A DNA stretch of 59,328 nucleotides from Elusimicrobiota bacterium (GCA_003140895.1 PLLH01000035.1:1-59328), one strand, 5' to 3'; shown: positions 9,887-19,867, counted from the stretch's first letter. A program made the numbers and translations. Notes: generated from the sequence alone by a model not told the origin.

Positions 9887-11196
9887 TCTTTTTGTCCAAC
9901 GATAATCGGACGAATTTTGAGCACCTCAAGGGCTCTTCCGAGAACGTCATCTTTCACCCGTTCTTTGTCCGGCACCAGCGAATGAGATTCCTGTCCTTTG
10001 GCATAGACTTCTTCCGACTGCGCTTGAAGCTTCACTTCCGCGTCTCGCTCCACCTGAACGACGATGTCCGGTTGGATTCCCCCCACGCCGGTTTTCATAT
10101 CTCGATGAATGGAACGGCCGGCCGGTGTGTAATATTTAGCCGTGGTCAGCCGCAGGCCTGACCCGTCTTCCAGCTTAATGACGGATTGAACGCTTCCCTT
10201 GCCAAACGACTCGCTCCCAACCAAAACCGCCCGTCCATGATCTTGAAACGCCCCAGCCACAATCTCCGAACCGGAGGCCGAGCCCCGATTGATGAGACAC
10301 ACAATCGGAATCTTTTTGTAAGGCGCCGTCGTGTCGGCTTTAAAATCCTGCCGAGGCTGAGCCCGGCCTTCGGTGTAAACAATCAATTTCTGGTCTCCAA
10401 TGAATTCTTTCGCGACGTCCACGGCCGAAATCAGAAGTCCCCCGGGATTGTTTCTTAAATCGACGATCAAGCTCTGCATCCCTTGTTTGGTTAAGCCCTC
10501 AAGAGCCTTCTGCAGATCTCTCAACGTCGGCTCGATAAATTCGGTGATCCGCACATAACCCACCCCATTGGTCAGCATCTTGCTTTTCACGGAAATGATG
10601 ATGATATTTTCTCTCGTCAACGTGATGGGAATCGGTTCTTTGACCCCTTCTCTCGCCAGCGTGATTTTGACTTGCGTCTTGGGGGCTCCGCGAAGTTTTT
10701 TAACCGCGTCCTGAAGCGTCATTCCCCGCGTTGAATCCTGATCGATCATAACGATTTTATCTTCGGGCAACACGCCCGCTCGATACGCCGGCGTGTCCGG
10801 GAGCGGCGTGATCACCGTCAGCCAATCTTCCTTGATCATAATCCGGATTCCGAGCCCGCCGAATTGCCCCTCGGTCGTGGTCTGCATCTCTTCCCGGGCT
10901 TCCGGAACCATAAATTGACTAAAGGGATCCAACGTTCCGACAAGCCCGGCGGCGGCGCCATAAATCAATTTTTTCGTGTCGACATCTTCAACATAATTCT
11001 GGTTGACCTGTTGATAAACGTCGAGGAGGAGCTTGAGTTGATCGTACGTTTGATCGATGGTTTGCTTGGCTGACTCTTCTTTCGTTTTCGAAGCGCCCAA
11101 CGAGGGAAACGCCACGCATGAAACGATGAAACTGAACAAAAGAAAACTCTTCACGATCACCATCCGCGATGTTCTAAACATTGATGTTCTAAGCAT
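9883..11196 (-). CDS. ctpA: Carboxy-terminal processing protease (S41)
   Basis: PDZ-like segment and the S41 catalytic region LINRGSASGSEIVAGA. The track start at 11220 is TTG. I prefer ATG 11196, which is preceded by AAGGAG. Confidence 0.9.
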   Translation of the reverse strand: MLRTSMFRTSRMVIVKSFLLFSFIVSCVAFPSLGASKTKEESAKQTIDQTYDQLKLLLDVYQQVNQNYVEDVDTKKLIYGAAAGLVGTLDPFSQFMVPEAREEMQTTTEGQFGGLGIRIMIKEDWLTVITPLPDTPAYRAGVLPEDKIVMIDQDSTRGMTLQDAVKKLRGAPKTQVKITLAREGVKEPIPITLTRENIIIISVKSKMLTNGVGYVRITEFIEPTLRDLQKALEGLTKQGMQSLIVDLRNNPGGLLISAVDVAKEFIGDQKLIVYTEGRAQPRQDFKADTTAPYKKIPIVCLINRGSASGSEIVAGAFQDHGRAVLVGSESFGKGSVQSVIKLEDGSGLRLTTAKYYTPAGRSIHRDMKTGVGGIQPDIVVQVERDAEVKLQAQSEEVYAKGQESHSLVPDKERVKDDVLGRALEVLKIRPIIVGQKE

Positions 11197-11239
11197 TAAT
11201 TCGTCTCCTTTAAAAAACAATATTGTTTACCAAAACAGT

Positions 11240-12394
11240 TTATGGAACCAACCATGGCAACGGATCTGTCGGTTTACCATAAAAACGCATCTCAAAATAG
11301 GTTTCGGCCCCACCGGGGATCCCGTTCATTTTCCCCACCCCATCACCGGCCTTAATGGCCTGCCCTTTTTCAACGGACCAACTGAACAGCTTTCCATAGA
11401 CGGTGTACCAGTCCCCCGAATGCTCGACAAGAACGATAGACCCGTAACTCATAAACTGTCCCGCGTATAAAACGTTCCCATCCGCCACAGCTTGAACCGT
11501 CTGACTTTGTTGCGAATGGATGGTAATCCCATTGGAAATATAGGGGGTTCCCAATTCCTTGTTTGTTTGCCGGCCAAATTTTTCGACAACAACCCCCTTG
11601 ACCGGCCAAGGCAACGAATGACTGGAAATTGGAGATTCGCCGCTTTGCTGGCGAGAGAGGCGAGCTTGACGCTGCGCCTCTTCATCCTTCACCGCCTTGG
11701 TTCTGAGCACGTCAATGAGTGAAGCCAGTTCCTGCGCGGTTTGCTGCAGATCCCGGAGTTCCGATGCGACGATTTGCTGGCGAGTCATCTTCTTTTCCAA
11801 CTGCTTTTCCTGATCTTTCAAATTGGATTTCATTTTCGTGAGCAGCGATTCCTGCCGTTCCACTTCCTGGCGAATGGACCGTTGAACCTGAATGATTTCC
11901 GTCAGGGCGGAATCGCTCTGATCCCGTTTCTGATTGAGAACCCGTAGTTTTTCAGCCTCTCCATAAATCGCTCGACGCGTGTAGACGGGAACCGATGAGG
12001 AAGGCCCCATAAGCGAAGAGGCCACAAAATAAATCTGCATGGATTGTTTTAACCCGTCCTGGTTTTTCCCGATATCCTGCACCAAACGATCCCGTTCATT
12101 CTTCGTCGATGCCAATTGCGACTGAACCTGCCGGCTCTTGCCCATCGTGTAGATCATTGTTTGCTGGACATTTTTCATCTTTGATTCGTTCCGCTTCAAA
12201 TTTTCGGATATCTCGGCGGCTTCCCGTTTTAACCGTTCCGTTTCTTCCCGTTTCCGTTTTAATTCCGCCTTCACTTTATCCAGATCCTGCGTTTTATGAA
12301 TGATCTCGGTTTTGGCCTTCTTCTCCGCCTCGCCGAAAGCCACCGAACAGAACAGGCCCATAAACAAGCTGAAAAGAAGAACGGCGATTTTCAT
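11240..12394 (-). CDS. envC: EnvC-like murein hydrolase activator (coiled coil plus degenerate LytM/M23 domain)
   Basis: Signal peptide, ~230-aa coiled coil and a C-terminal M23 fold. The usual catalytic LHFE(I)R is replaced by TYFEMRF, consistent with a non-catalytic activator. ATGA overlap with the ftsX stop. Confidence 0.8.
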   Translation of the reverse strand: MKIAVLLFSLFMGLFCSVAFGEAEKKAKTEIIHKTQDLDKVKAELKRKREETERLKREAAEISENLKRNESKMKNVQQTMIYTMGKSRQVQSQLASTKNERDRLVQDIGKNQDGLKQSMQIYFVASSLMGPSSSVPVYTRRAIYGEAEKLRVLNQKRDQSDSALTEIIQVQRSIRQEVERQESLLTKMKSNLKDQEKQLEKKMTRQQIVASELRDLQQTAQELASLIDVLRTKAVKDEEAQRQARLSRQQSGESPISSHSLPWPVKGVVVEKFGRQTNKELGTPYISNGITIHSQQSQTVQAVADGNVLYAGQFMSYGSIVLVEHSGDWYTVYGKLFSWSVEKGQAIKAGDGVGKMNGIPGGAETYFEMRFYGKPTDPLPWLVP

Positions 12395-13224
12395 GACTTG
12401 AACGCGTCAACTCGCAGAGCATAAAGACCGATGTAATGAAGAAACCCGACGACGAAACCCCCCGTATAAAAAGCCCACGGCAGGCCGCCGAGGACCTGCC
12501 GTAAAAGCAACAACCCGGCGATCCATCCCAACTCATCACTGATCAACGCCACCCCCACCGATTTCCAATGGAACCGGTCCAATGGGACGAAAAAGAGGCG
12601 GCCCAGAAGCCACGCCATGCTTCCGATAACCAAAAAGGTCAAAAGGGACAGGACCACCCGCACTTCCAGCCAATGTCGACGTATCAGTTGAATGGATTCC
12701 CCCGCCTTTTGATCAAAAGCCACATCCAAAACACCCGTGAATTTTTTAATGTCACCCAACAGATTCTGCTGACGGTTCACATCGAACTCTGAAGGCACCC
12801 AATCCATCACCCATGTCGCCGGGAACGCATCAGTCCCGAACAACCCCATCTGGGGTGCAAGCATCGGCTCCTGGCTGAGCTGCTGATAAACATCCGACGA
12901 AGACATAAAACGGACATTGTTGACCCCGTCCAACTGCTTCAAAAACCGGCCCACCTCATCCACTTGAACCGGGTCCCCCTCGACGAGAACCATCCATTTG
13001 TAATCCGAACAACGAACGGCCCAACTCTCATACAGATTGTTTTTGACCAACCCCAATCCACCGAACACCACGCTCACGCACACCGACAACACAAAAAAGA
13101 GCGCCAGAGACCAGGTCGAGTTTTTGACAGGAGCGGATTTTCCATCGCCCGTATCCTGAAACAGGGATTCCAAAATCGGGTCATTCATTTTTGTGTATAA
13201 TTCGCTTCGCATTTTCGTTTTCAT
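12391..13224 (-). CDS. ftsX: FtsX-like cell-division permease
   Basis: 277 aa with the FtsX topology: TM1, a ~130-aa extracytoplasmic loop, then three C-terminal TMs. Lies directly upstream of envC. Confidence 0.6.
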   Translation of the reverse strand: MKTKMRSELYTKMNDPILESLFQDTGDGKSAPVKNSTWSLALFFVLSVCVSVVFGGLGLVKNNLYESWAVRCSDYKWMVLVEGDPVQVDEVGRFLKQLDGVNNVRFMSSSDVYQQLSQEPMLAPQMGLFGTDAFPATWVMDWVPSEFDVNRQQNLLGDIKKFTGVLDVAFDQKAGESIQLIRRHWLEVRVVLSLLTFLVIGSMAWLLGRLFFVPLDRFHWKSVGVALISDELGWIAGLLLLRQVLGGLPWAFYTGGFVVGFLHYIGLYALRVDAFKS

Positions 13225-13246
13225 ATTTTCCTTTTAGGAGCTCCTT

Positions 13247-13510
13247 ATGGCCAAAGAAACAAAAGAAACACCGGAAGAACATCATATCATGATTGGCACC
13301 CTCGAGAAAAACGACCGAGACACCATTGTCGTCCAAATCCGTTCGTTCAAAGGCAAAGAGTATGTCGATGTCCGTAATCACTACAGGGATGCGGAAGACG
13401 AACTCAAGCCGACTCAAAAAGGAATCAGCATTGAAACGGGCCGGTATGCCGAACTGAAAGCCCTGTTTGACAAGATTCCTGACGCCATTTCAAAAGGCAT
13501 GGGCAGCTGA
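13247..13510 (+). CDS. PC4/YdbC-like small ssDNA-binding-fold protein
   Basis: 87 aa. The pattern ...IVVQIRSFKGKEYVDVRNHY...ELKPTQKGISI... resembles the bacterial PC4 (YdbC) family. AGGAG lies 6 nt upstream of the ATG. Confidence 0.6.
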   Translation: MAKETKETPEEHHIMIGTLEKNDRDTIVVQIRSFKGKEYVDVRNHYRDAEDELKPTQKGISIETGRYAELKALFDKIPDAISKGMGS

Positions 13511-13511
13511 T

Positions 13512-14516
13512 TTACGGAATCAACCTCACGGTCTCTGCCGCTTTTTGGCGAAGAGCCGTGCCATCGATCCCGTGAGGATTGGGTCCCACCTCGAACAGCC
13601 GGTCAAGCGCCTGTTGAACGGCGACCGCATCAGAATCCCAGGATAAAAAGGGCATCCCCCAAAATTCACAGAACCGGCCCGTTTTTTGAGGGTCTCCGAT
13701 TCCCAAAAACGGTTTACCGCTCATCGCCGCCAACACCAGCCCGTGAAACCGGGCGCTCACCACATGCGTCACCCCCTCCAACCAGCGAAGAGTCATATCA
13801 ACCGGTTTGCCGTCAAACGACGTTGCGACCCCGAATGCTTGTTCGACGATTGGTTGGAACAAGCCTGTTTTGACGGACAACGAACGGACGCGTCTCACGT
13901 GATCGAGCAAACTCTCATATAGGGGAATCCCGTCCACGGAACTGGAAAATCGAGGAATAAATAAGACATGAGGGGCGGCCGTCTCACTCCCGTGATGAAC
14001 GGTCGCCGGGAGTTCCGTTAAAAACACAGGGTCCGCCGTCACGTGTATGATTCTCTTGACGCCAAGGGAGAGCAGGGACTGGTTTGAAACCTCGTCCCGA
14101 ACGGAAACCGTGACAAACGGCTGGTTCAACAGGAAGGCCAAGGCGCGGGGAAGAACGGATCCGGACACTCTCTCCACCCCAACGGAAAATAAAAATGAAG
14201 GCACTCGGAACACCCACGCCAGCATCAACACCCCCGCATAATAGAGCAAAGACCGGGAGGAGGTGTGGTCTTGAATCAGGCCGCCTCCTCCAAGAATAAA
14301 TAGGTCGGATTTCCACATCGCAACAGACACGCGAATCGGATTCCATCGGGAAATCGCGTTGACTCCATGACAGTGACGCGTGTCGGCCGGACACGACGAT
14401 AAGACAGTGATGCCGGCCCCCGGAAAACGACGTTCCAGCTCGTTTCGAATATTCTTTAGAATCAGCTCATCACCGAGATTGCCAAACCCATAATACCCGC
14501 TGATGAGAATATTCAT
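13512..14516 (-). CDS. csaB: Polysaccharide pyruvyl transferase (CsaB-like)
   Basis: The N-terminus MNILISGYYGFGNLGDELIL is characteristic of the PS pyruvyl-transferase family. 334 aa. Confidence 0.75.
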   Translation of the reverse strand: MNILISGYYGFGNLGDELILKNIRNELERRFPGAGITVLSSCPADTRHCHGVNAISRWNPIRVSVAMWKSDLFILGGGGLIQDHTSSRSLLYYAGVLMLAWVFRVPSFLFSVGVERVSGSVLPRALAFLLNQPFVTVSVRDEVSNQSLLSLGVKRIIHVTADPVFLTELPATVHHGSETAAPHVLFIPRFSSSVDGIPLYESLLDHVRRVRSLSVKTGLFQPIVEQAFGVATSFDGKPVDMTLRWLEGVTHVVSARFHGLVLAAMSGKPFLGIGDPQKTGRFCEFWGMPFLSWDSDAVAVQQALDRLFEVGPNPHGIDGTALRQKAAETVRLIP

Positions 14517-15994
14517 CGGCGGCTCTTAGGTCCTCCGCGGCTCATCAAATAACCCAACGACAAAAACGACGGGACGGAAAAAAGAAGCCCCAACCACATT
14601 CCATTCAATGTCCGCAAAAGACAGACGCTAAACGGAGACTGAAAATGGAAAAACGTATTCAGAATGGAGATTTGGCCAATCAGCCCAACGAAAATCCATA
14701 AACGGCCATCCAACCACACCTTGTCTTTGAACCGGTTCGTAGACATCAGCATGAGACCCGTCAACAAAGCCGGGTGGCCGATCAACACTTCTTTAAACCG
14801 GGGCCGGACGAGAAAAAAATCTTCCAAACGGTCACGAAGGATCCGCTCGCCATCCAAAACGGGGAGAAGAGGGAAATTCCCGCTGCGCATGAGATAGACG
14901 GCCAAAACAATCAGAACGGCTCCCCCGCCCCAAAAAAGATGTTTCCCTTTAATAGGAGAATCCATAAAACGACGCCATTCGGAGGGACGCACCAAAACGG
15001 CGAGAGCGAATAACAGCGGCACAACCAACTGAAGTTTGACTCCTCGAATCGGCACAAGCCCCAAAACCGTTCCGGGTGAGGCCCCCAATCCATGAACCAC
15101 AACGCCCGACAGGAGCGTCAGAAGACAAACCAAGAGAAAACTCACAACGGGCGAGAGCGAACGGAATGTCATCACCAGAAGAAGAGCCATCACGGGCGAG
15201 AGAAGAGAGATGAGAAACGCCCCTTTGAATCGAAACGGAGAAATGTTTTCAGCGCCCCACGTCGGGAACCTGGGACGAGAATCCATCTGAAATCCGCCGT
15301 TCCGAAGCTCCTCCACCACCTCACGCTGGAATTGAATATTTTGGGCCATGGAGAGCGCCGGACTCCAATTAAGATACAGCAACCGAACCCATCGCTCTTT
15401 GACCGCGCGGAGCAACCGGTTTTTCCAAAGCGCCGGACGACTCGCCAAGAGTTCTCGCGCCTCCAGCACGTGGCATTTAACGAGGTTTCGCCCCGCCAAC
15501 GAAGCCAGGCAGCCAACCCCCTTCTGTCCTTTCATATCGAACACCGGGATAAAACCGTTTCGGGCCATGATCACGCCGGCCACGTCTTGGATTCGAGAAG
15601 GATAACCGATGACCATTTCCCCCCCGGAAAACAGGCCGTCCCCTTCTTGAATTCGCCGCAAGAGTGGCGACAACGGCAGAAGTGACTGTTCCGGTCTTCT
15701 CCAGAGGAGGACAAATCCTTTGCCCCGGAGAAGCTGTTCATCCGACGGCGAAATCGAATCGGGAACGGACATGATCTGAACGGGAAGAGCCTTCACGTTA
15801 TCGAGGAGATCGGGAAGCGATCGGTGTTCACGCGCGGCAAAAACGACAAGATCGTCCCACTCGTTAACGAGAGCCAGGGAGGTATCAGCGCGCTGTTGTT
15901 TTATTTTTTGGGTCAGATTGGGCCAGCAAAAAGAAAGAAGGACGAGAAGCGAAACGACAGTGGCGAATACGATCCACGCCCCTTTTTTAGCCAT
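14513..15994 (-). CDS. Polytopic membrane protein of unknown function, coupled to csaB (possibly DUF5693-type)
   Basis: 493 aa with an N-terminal TM, a ~240-aa soluble domain, then at least 8 hydrophobic helices. 4-nt overlap with the csaB start. Confidence 0.65.
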   Translation of the reverse strand: MAKKGAWIVFATVVSLLVLLSFCWPNLTQKIKQQRADTSLALVNEWDDLVVFAAREHRSLPDLLDNVKALPVQIMSVPDSISPSDEQLLRGKGFVLLWRRPEQSLLPLSPLLRRIQEGDGLFSGGEMVIGYPSRIQDVAGVIMARNGFIPVFDMKGQKGVGCLASLAGRNLVKCHVLEARELLASRPALWKNRLLRAVKERWVRLLYLNWSPALSMAQNIQFQREVVEELRNGGFQMDSRPRFPTWGAENISPFRFKGAFLISLLSPVMALLLVMTFRSLSPVVSFLLVCLLTLLSGVVVHGLGASPGTVLGLVPIRGVKLQLVVPLLFALAVLVRPSEWRRFMDSPIKGKHLFWGGGAVLIVLAVYLMRSGNFPLLPVLDGERILRDRLEDFFLVRPRFKEVLIGHPALLTGLMLMSTNRFKDKVWLDGRLWIFVGLIGQISILNTFFHFQSPFSVCLLRTLNGMWLGLLFSVPSFLSLGYLMSRGGPKSRR

Positions 15995-17456
15995 TGTCCG
16001 CCTGGCGCCATCGAACGGCGTTTTGATACAGGTTCACGTACGCTCGAATGGGAGAACCCCAGGAAAAATCCTGCGACATCGCCCGGCTTTGGACCGCAGC
16101 CCACTTCTTTTTTCTCCCCCACATATTGAGCGCGTGGAAGACGCAGCGCAAAAATTCACTCGACAATTTATTGGAGGCGATAAAACCGGTTCCATCGGAA
16201 TCGGTGTTCAGGTCAATAACAGTATCCAAGAGACCTCCGGTCGGAGTCACAACGGGAATCGATCCATACCGCATCGCGATCAGTTGGCTGAGCCCGCACG
16301 GTTCATACCGGGACGGCATGAGAAAAATATCCGATCCCGCCGCGATCTTATGCGCCAACGGCTCGGCGAATTTATTCTCATAAAAAAAATAGTCGGGATG
16401 TTTCAATTGCAAAACTCTCAACGCGCGCTCATATTCCAGCTCTCCACGTCCCAGGATGACGACGTGAGCCTCGTTTTGAATCAACGCCGGAATCACGTCC
16501 AGCAAATAATCCACGCCTTTCTGATAGTCCAACCGTCCCACATATCCGAACAAGGGAATCTTATCGCTGACGCGAAACTCACAATACCGCTGAAGGTCCG
16601 CCTTGCACTTTTTACGAAGAGCCAACGTTTTCACTGAGAATTTCTGGGCCAAAAACCGATCCGTGGACGGATTCCAAACGGTTGTATCCAAACCGTTCAA
16701 TATGCCCCGAAACTGCTCCGAACGATCCTGCAGAACGCCTTCCAATCCATGCCCGTAGATGGGATCGGATTGAATCTCGGTGGCGTAGGTGGGGCTCACC
16801 GTGTTAATGGCGTCCGAATAAACCAATCCCGCCTTAAGAAAGCTGATGTGATCATAGAATTCGATGCCGCCCGGATTGAATTCGCTGAAAGGAAGGCCGG
16901 TGGCCGCAAAACTGGAATTGGGAAACACGCCTTGAAAAGCCATGTTATGAATCGTGAAAAGCGACCCTGTGGATTGGAAGAACGGATCGTTCTTATAGAG
17001 ACATTTCAAATAGGCCGGAATCAACCCTGTTTGCCAATCGTGAGCATGAACAACATCAGGTGAAAATTTATTGGCCTTGGCGAGTTCCAATACGGCGCGC
17101 GAAAAAACAACAAACCGCCGGTCATTATCAATATACGCCTCGTCCGGACGGTCTCCATAAAACCCTTTCCGATTGAAATACCGTTCCGACTGAATAAAAT
17201 AGACCTTTAAATTCTTATGGAGGCTTTTCGTCCAGATCGAGATCGGATCGAAGCCTTCGGGAGAGGGCACGTAAAGGAGTTTATTGGTCTTAACCAGTTT
17301 AAATTTGGCCCGGTCGATTTGCGAATAGAGAGGTAAAACCAATTGGACGGAATGCCCCGACCTGGCCAGCGCCAGAGAGACGGCTCCAACGACATCAGCG
17401 AGTCCTCCGGTTTTACAAAAGGGGACTCCTTCACTTGCGGCTTGAAGGATCTTCAC
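15987..17456 (-). CDS. glgA: Glycogen synthase (ADP-glucose type)
   Basis: MKILQAASEGVPFCKTGGLADVVG N-terminal signature. 489 aa. Confidence 0.95.
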   Translation of the reverse strand: MKILQAASEGVPFCKTGGLADVVGAVSLALARSGHSVQLVLPLYSQIDRAKFKLVKTNKLLYVPSPEGFDPISIWTKSLHKNLKVYFIQSERYFNRKGFYGDRPDEAYIDNDRRFVVFSRAVLELAKANKFSPDVVHAHDWQTGLIPAYLKCLYKNDPFFQSTGSLFTIHNMAFQGVFPNSSFAATGLPFSEFNPGGIEFYDHISFLKAGLVYSDAINTVSPTYATEIQSDPIYGHGLEGVLQDRSEQFRGILNGLDTTVWNPSTDRFLAQKFSVKTLALRKKCKADLQRYCEFRVSDKIPLFGYVGRLDYQKGVDYLLDVIPALIQNEAHVVILGRGELEYERALRVLQLKHPDYFFYENKFAEPLAHKIAAGSDIFLMPSRYEPCGLSQLIAMRYGSIPVVTPTGGLLDTVIDLNTDSDGTGFIASNKLSSEFLRCVFHALNMWGRKKKWAAVQSRAMSQDFSWGSPIRAYVNLYQNAVRWRQADNG

Positions 17457-17459
17457 GCG

Positions 17460-18461
17460 TTAGGGGGCGTTGGCGTCTCGAAGGAACTTCGCCGCGTCTT
17501 CCGGTGGTGTTGGGTTGATATAAAACCCCGTCCCTTGCTCAAAACCAGCCAAACGCGTCAACTTAGGAATGATTTCAATATACCAATGATAATGAGGAAG
17601 GCGTGACGTTTTCAGGGGGGCCGTGTGCAAGATCAGGTTAAACGGAGGGTTGTCCAGGACGAAATGGTGTTTGGCCAAAACCAATTTAAGAAGCCCGGCC
17701 AAATTGGCCACTTCCGTCTTTTGAATATCCTGAAATTCCGATGAATGGCGGTGAGGCATAATCCAGGTCTCAAACGGGAACCGGCTGGCAAACGGGGTAA
17801 TGGCGATGAAATCTTTGTTATTGGCCACAATCCGCTGCATCTGGGCCATTTCCTGATGAATGATGTCGCAATAAACGCACCTCTCCTTATATCCATAATA
17901 ATTCTTGGAGCCGTCCCCTTCCTGTTTGACCCGGATCGGCACCATCGGCATCGCGATGAGTTGAGAATGCGGGTGGCTGATGCTGGCTCCGGCGGCGGAC
18001 CCATGATTCTTAAAAATCATGATGTACTCCAACCGGTCGTCTTTTTTCAAATCCAAAATGCGGTCTCGCCAGGACCAGATGACGTCTTCCATCTTTTGCT
18101 GAGCCAATTCATGCAGGTGTTGCCCGTGTTCCGGGGTTTCAATGATCACTTCATGAGCCCCGAGCCCGTTCATTTTGTCATACATCCCCTCTCCGGTCCG
18201 ATCCAACTCTCCTTCGATTTCAAGGGCGGGAAATTTATTCGGGATCACGCGAACCCACCATCCGGACTTATTTTTCTCACGACCGGCCGGGTAATACGCC
18301 AAGATCTCGGGCGGCGTTTTATCTTCGAAGCCGGGGCAAAAAGGACACGTGCCTCCCTGAGGCATCTCTTGATGAACCTGAAAATCGATCGGTCTCTTCC
18401 CTCGATTGGAGGAAATGATCACCCAACGGCCAATGACAGGATCTCTGCGCAATTCAGGCAT
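17460..18461 (-). CDS. galT: Galactose-1-phosphate uridylyltransferase / HIT-superfamily hexose-1-P nucleotidyltransferase
   Basis: CPFCPG zinc motif and the HIT-like HPHSQLIA active site. 333 aa. Confidence 0.85.
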   Translation of the reverse strand: MPELRRDPVIGRWVIISSNRGKRPIDFQVHQEMPQGGTCPFCPGFEDKTPPEILAYYPAGREKNKSGWWVRVIPNKFPALEIEGELDRTGEGMYDKMNGLGAHEVIIETPEHGQHLHELAQQKMEDVIWSWRDRILDLKKDDRLEYIMIFKNHGSAAGASISHPHSQLIAMPMVPIRVKQEGDGSKNYYGYKERCVYCDIIHQEMAQMQRIVANNKDFIAITPFASRFPFETWIMPHRHSSEFQDIQKTEVANLAGLLKLVLAKHHFVLDNPPFNLILHTAPLKTSRLPHYHWYIEIIPKLTRLAGFEQGTGFYINPTPPEDAAKFLRDANAP

Positions 18462-18463
18462 AA

Positions 18464-19138
18464 TTAGGACTCCACGGATTGATCCGACCCAGACGTCTCG
18501 GCGGGACTTGCCATCGCCATGACTTCTTCTGGTTGGGACGTTGATGCAACGGCCTCGGGGTTCTCATCGGACTGCGGCGAATTGTCCGACACCGGCTTCT
18601 CCTCCAGAGGAACAAGGTTGTCCAAATCCGGCAATTCGGATAAATGCTTCAACCCGAACTGGCGCAGAAACTCAACCGTTGTTCCATACAACAGCGGGCG
18701 TCCGATGGTCTCTTTCCGTCCCACCACTTTAACCAAACGCCTCTCCAGCAGGGTTTCCATCACCCCCGTCGCCTCAACGCCTCGAATTTGTTCAATTTCG
18801 GATCGGGCGATGGGTTGCTTGTAAGCGATGATCGAAAGCGTTTCGAGAGCCGAAGCGGAAAGCCGAATGGTCAACCGTTCCTTATAAAGACGGCGGATAT
18901 ACCCCCCCATGTCCGGTTTGGTGGCCATTTGAACTCCCCCCGCCACTTCAACCACATGCAGCGGAGATCCGCTCGTTTCATACGTTCCTTTGATCTCGCT
19001 CACAATGTCGGAGATGTCCGTCGTACTCAATTGCTTGGTCTCTAACACCTCAAGAATTTCTTCATTGGTGAGCGGATGATCCGTCATATATAAAAGCGTT
19101 TCGATAATTTTCCGTGCTTGATCTCTATCCATAGACAC
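18464..19138 (-). CDS. scpB: Segregation and condensation protein B
   Basis: Winged-helix ScpB pattern (LETLSIIAYKQPIARSEIEQIRGV...). Lies downstream of scpA. Confidence 0.9.
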   Translation of the reverse strand: MSMDRDQARKIIETLLYMTDHPLTNEEILEVLETKQLSTTDISDIVSEIKGTYETSGSPLHVVEVAGGVQMATKPDMGGYIRRLYKERLTIRLSASALETLSIIAYKQPIARSEIEQIRGVEATGVMETLLERRLVKVVGRKETIGRPLLYGTTVEFLRQFGLKHLSELPDLDNLVPLEEKPVSDNSPQSDENPEAVASTSQPEEVMAMASPAETSGSDQSVES

Positions 19139-19141
19139 CTC

Positions 19142-19867
19142 TTACGATGAAGGGACGGTGGCGGCGAACTCGGATGAGGCGGCGCGATTAATATGTATCT
19201 CCCCAAAGTTCGCCAATTGAGACACCCGTACCTGTTTAAGCCGAATGAGTTCCAAAAGAGCTAAAAACGTAACGATAAGATACTTTCGAGTGGATGTTTT
19301 CGGAAACAATTCGCTAAAGGGAACAAACGGTTGCGTCTCCAGCACATCCAGGATTTCGCGGATGCGGACTTCAACCGGCATTTCCTCAACCATAATTTCG
19401 CGGACGCCGACATCAGCGCTTTCCAGAACAACCTGGAACGCCGCAAGGAGTTCCTTCAACTCCACATCGATCACTTCTTCATCCTTATTAAAAATAGGCG
19501 CGCCCCGGTAAAACACATCCCGTTGAGACTCAAAATTAATCCCCAACTGGCGCGAAGCCGCTTTAAATTTCTGATACTCAAGAAGTTTTTGAATCAGTTC
19601 GGTGCGAGGATCCGGGCCTTCCATCTCTTCCGCCACATCCGCCGGCAAAAGAGTGCGCGCTTTGATTTGCATGAGAGTGGTCGCCATCACGAGGAATTCG
19701 CCGGCCACGTTGAGGTTCAATTCTTTCAGAAAATCAACATACGTCAGGTATTCAGCGGTGATATCGGAGATGGAAATATCATAGATATCCAAATCGTTCT
19801 TTTGGATCAGGTGAAGGAGAAGGTCGAGCGGCCCTTCAAAAATGTTGATCTTGACTTGATATGACAT
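19142..19867 (-). CDS. scpA: Segregation and condensation protein A (kleisin)
   Basis: FEGPLDLLLHLIQKNDLDIYDISI N-terminal ScpA signature. Confidence 0.9.
   Translation of the reverse strand: MSYQVKINIFEGPLDLLLHLIQKNDLDIYDISISDITAEYLTYVDFLKELNLNVAGEFLVMATTLMQIKARTLLPADVAEEMEGPDPRTELIQKLLEYQKFKAASRQLGINFESQRDVFYRGAPIFNKDEEVIDVELKELLAAFQVVLESADVGVREIMVEEMPVEVRIREILDVLETQPFVPFSELFPKTSTRKYLIVTFLALLELIRLKQVRVSQLANFGEIHINRAASSEFAATVPSS

Noticed and set aside
13984-14394. 136-aa minus-strand ORF in an alternative frame inside csaB (similar cases: 38516-39016, 34175-34654, 33046-33411)
   Set aside because: They are entirely nested in longer, family-assignable ORFs, and their products are Arg/Gly/Ser-rich with no start context.
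15918-18467. Plus-strand ORFs 15918-16637 (239 aa) and 17745-18467 (240 aa)
   Set aside because: They lie opposite glgA and galT, both of which have diagnostic motifs. They are shadow frames.
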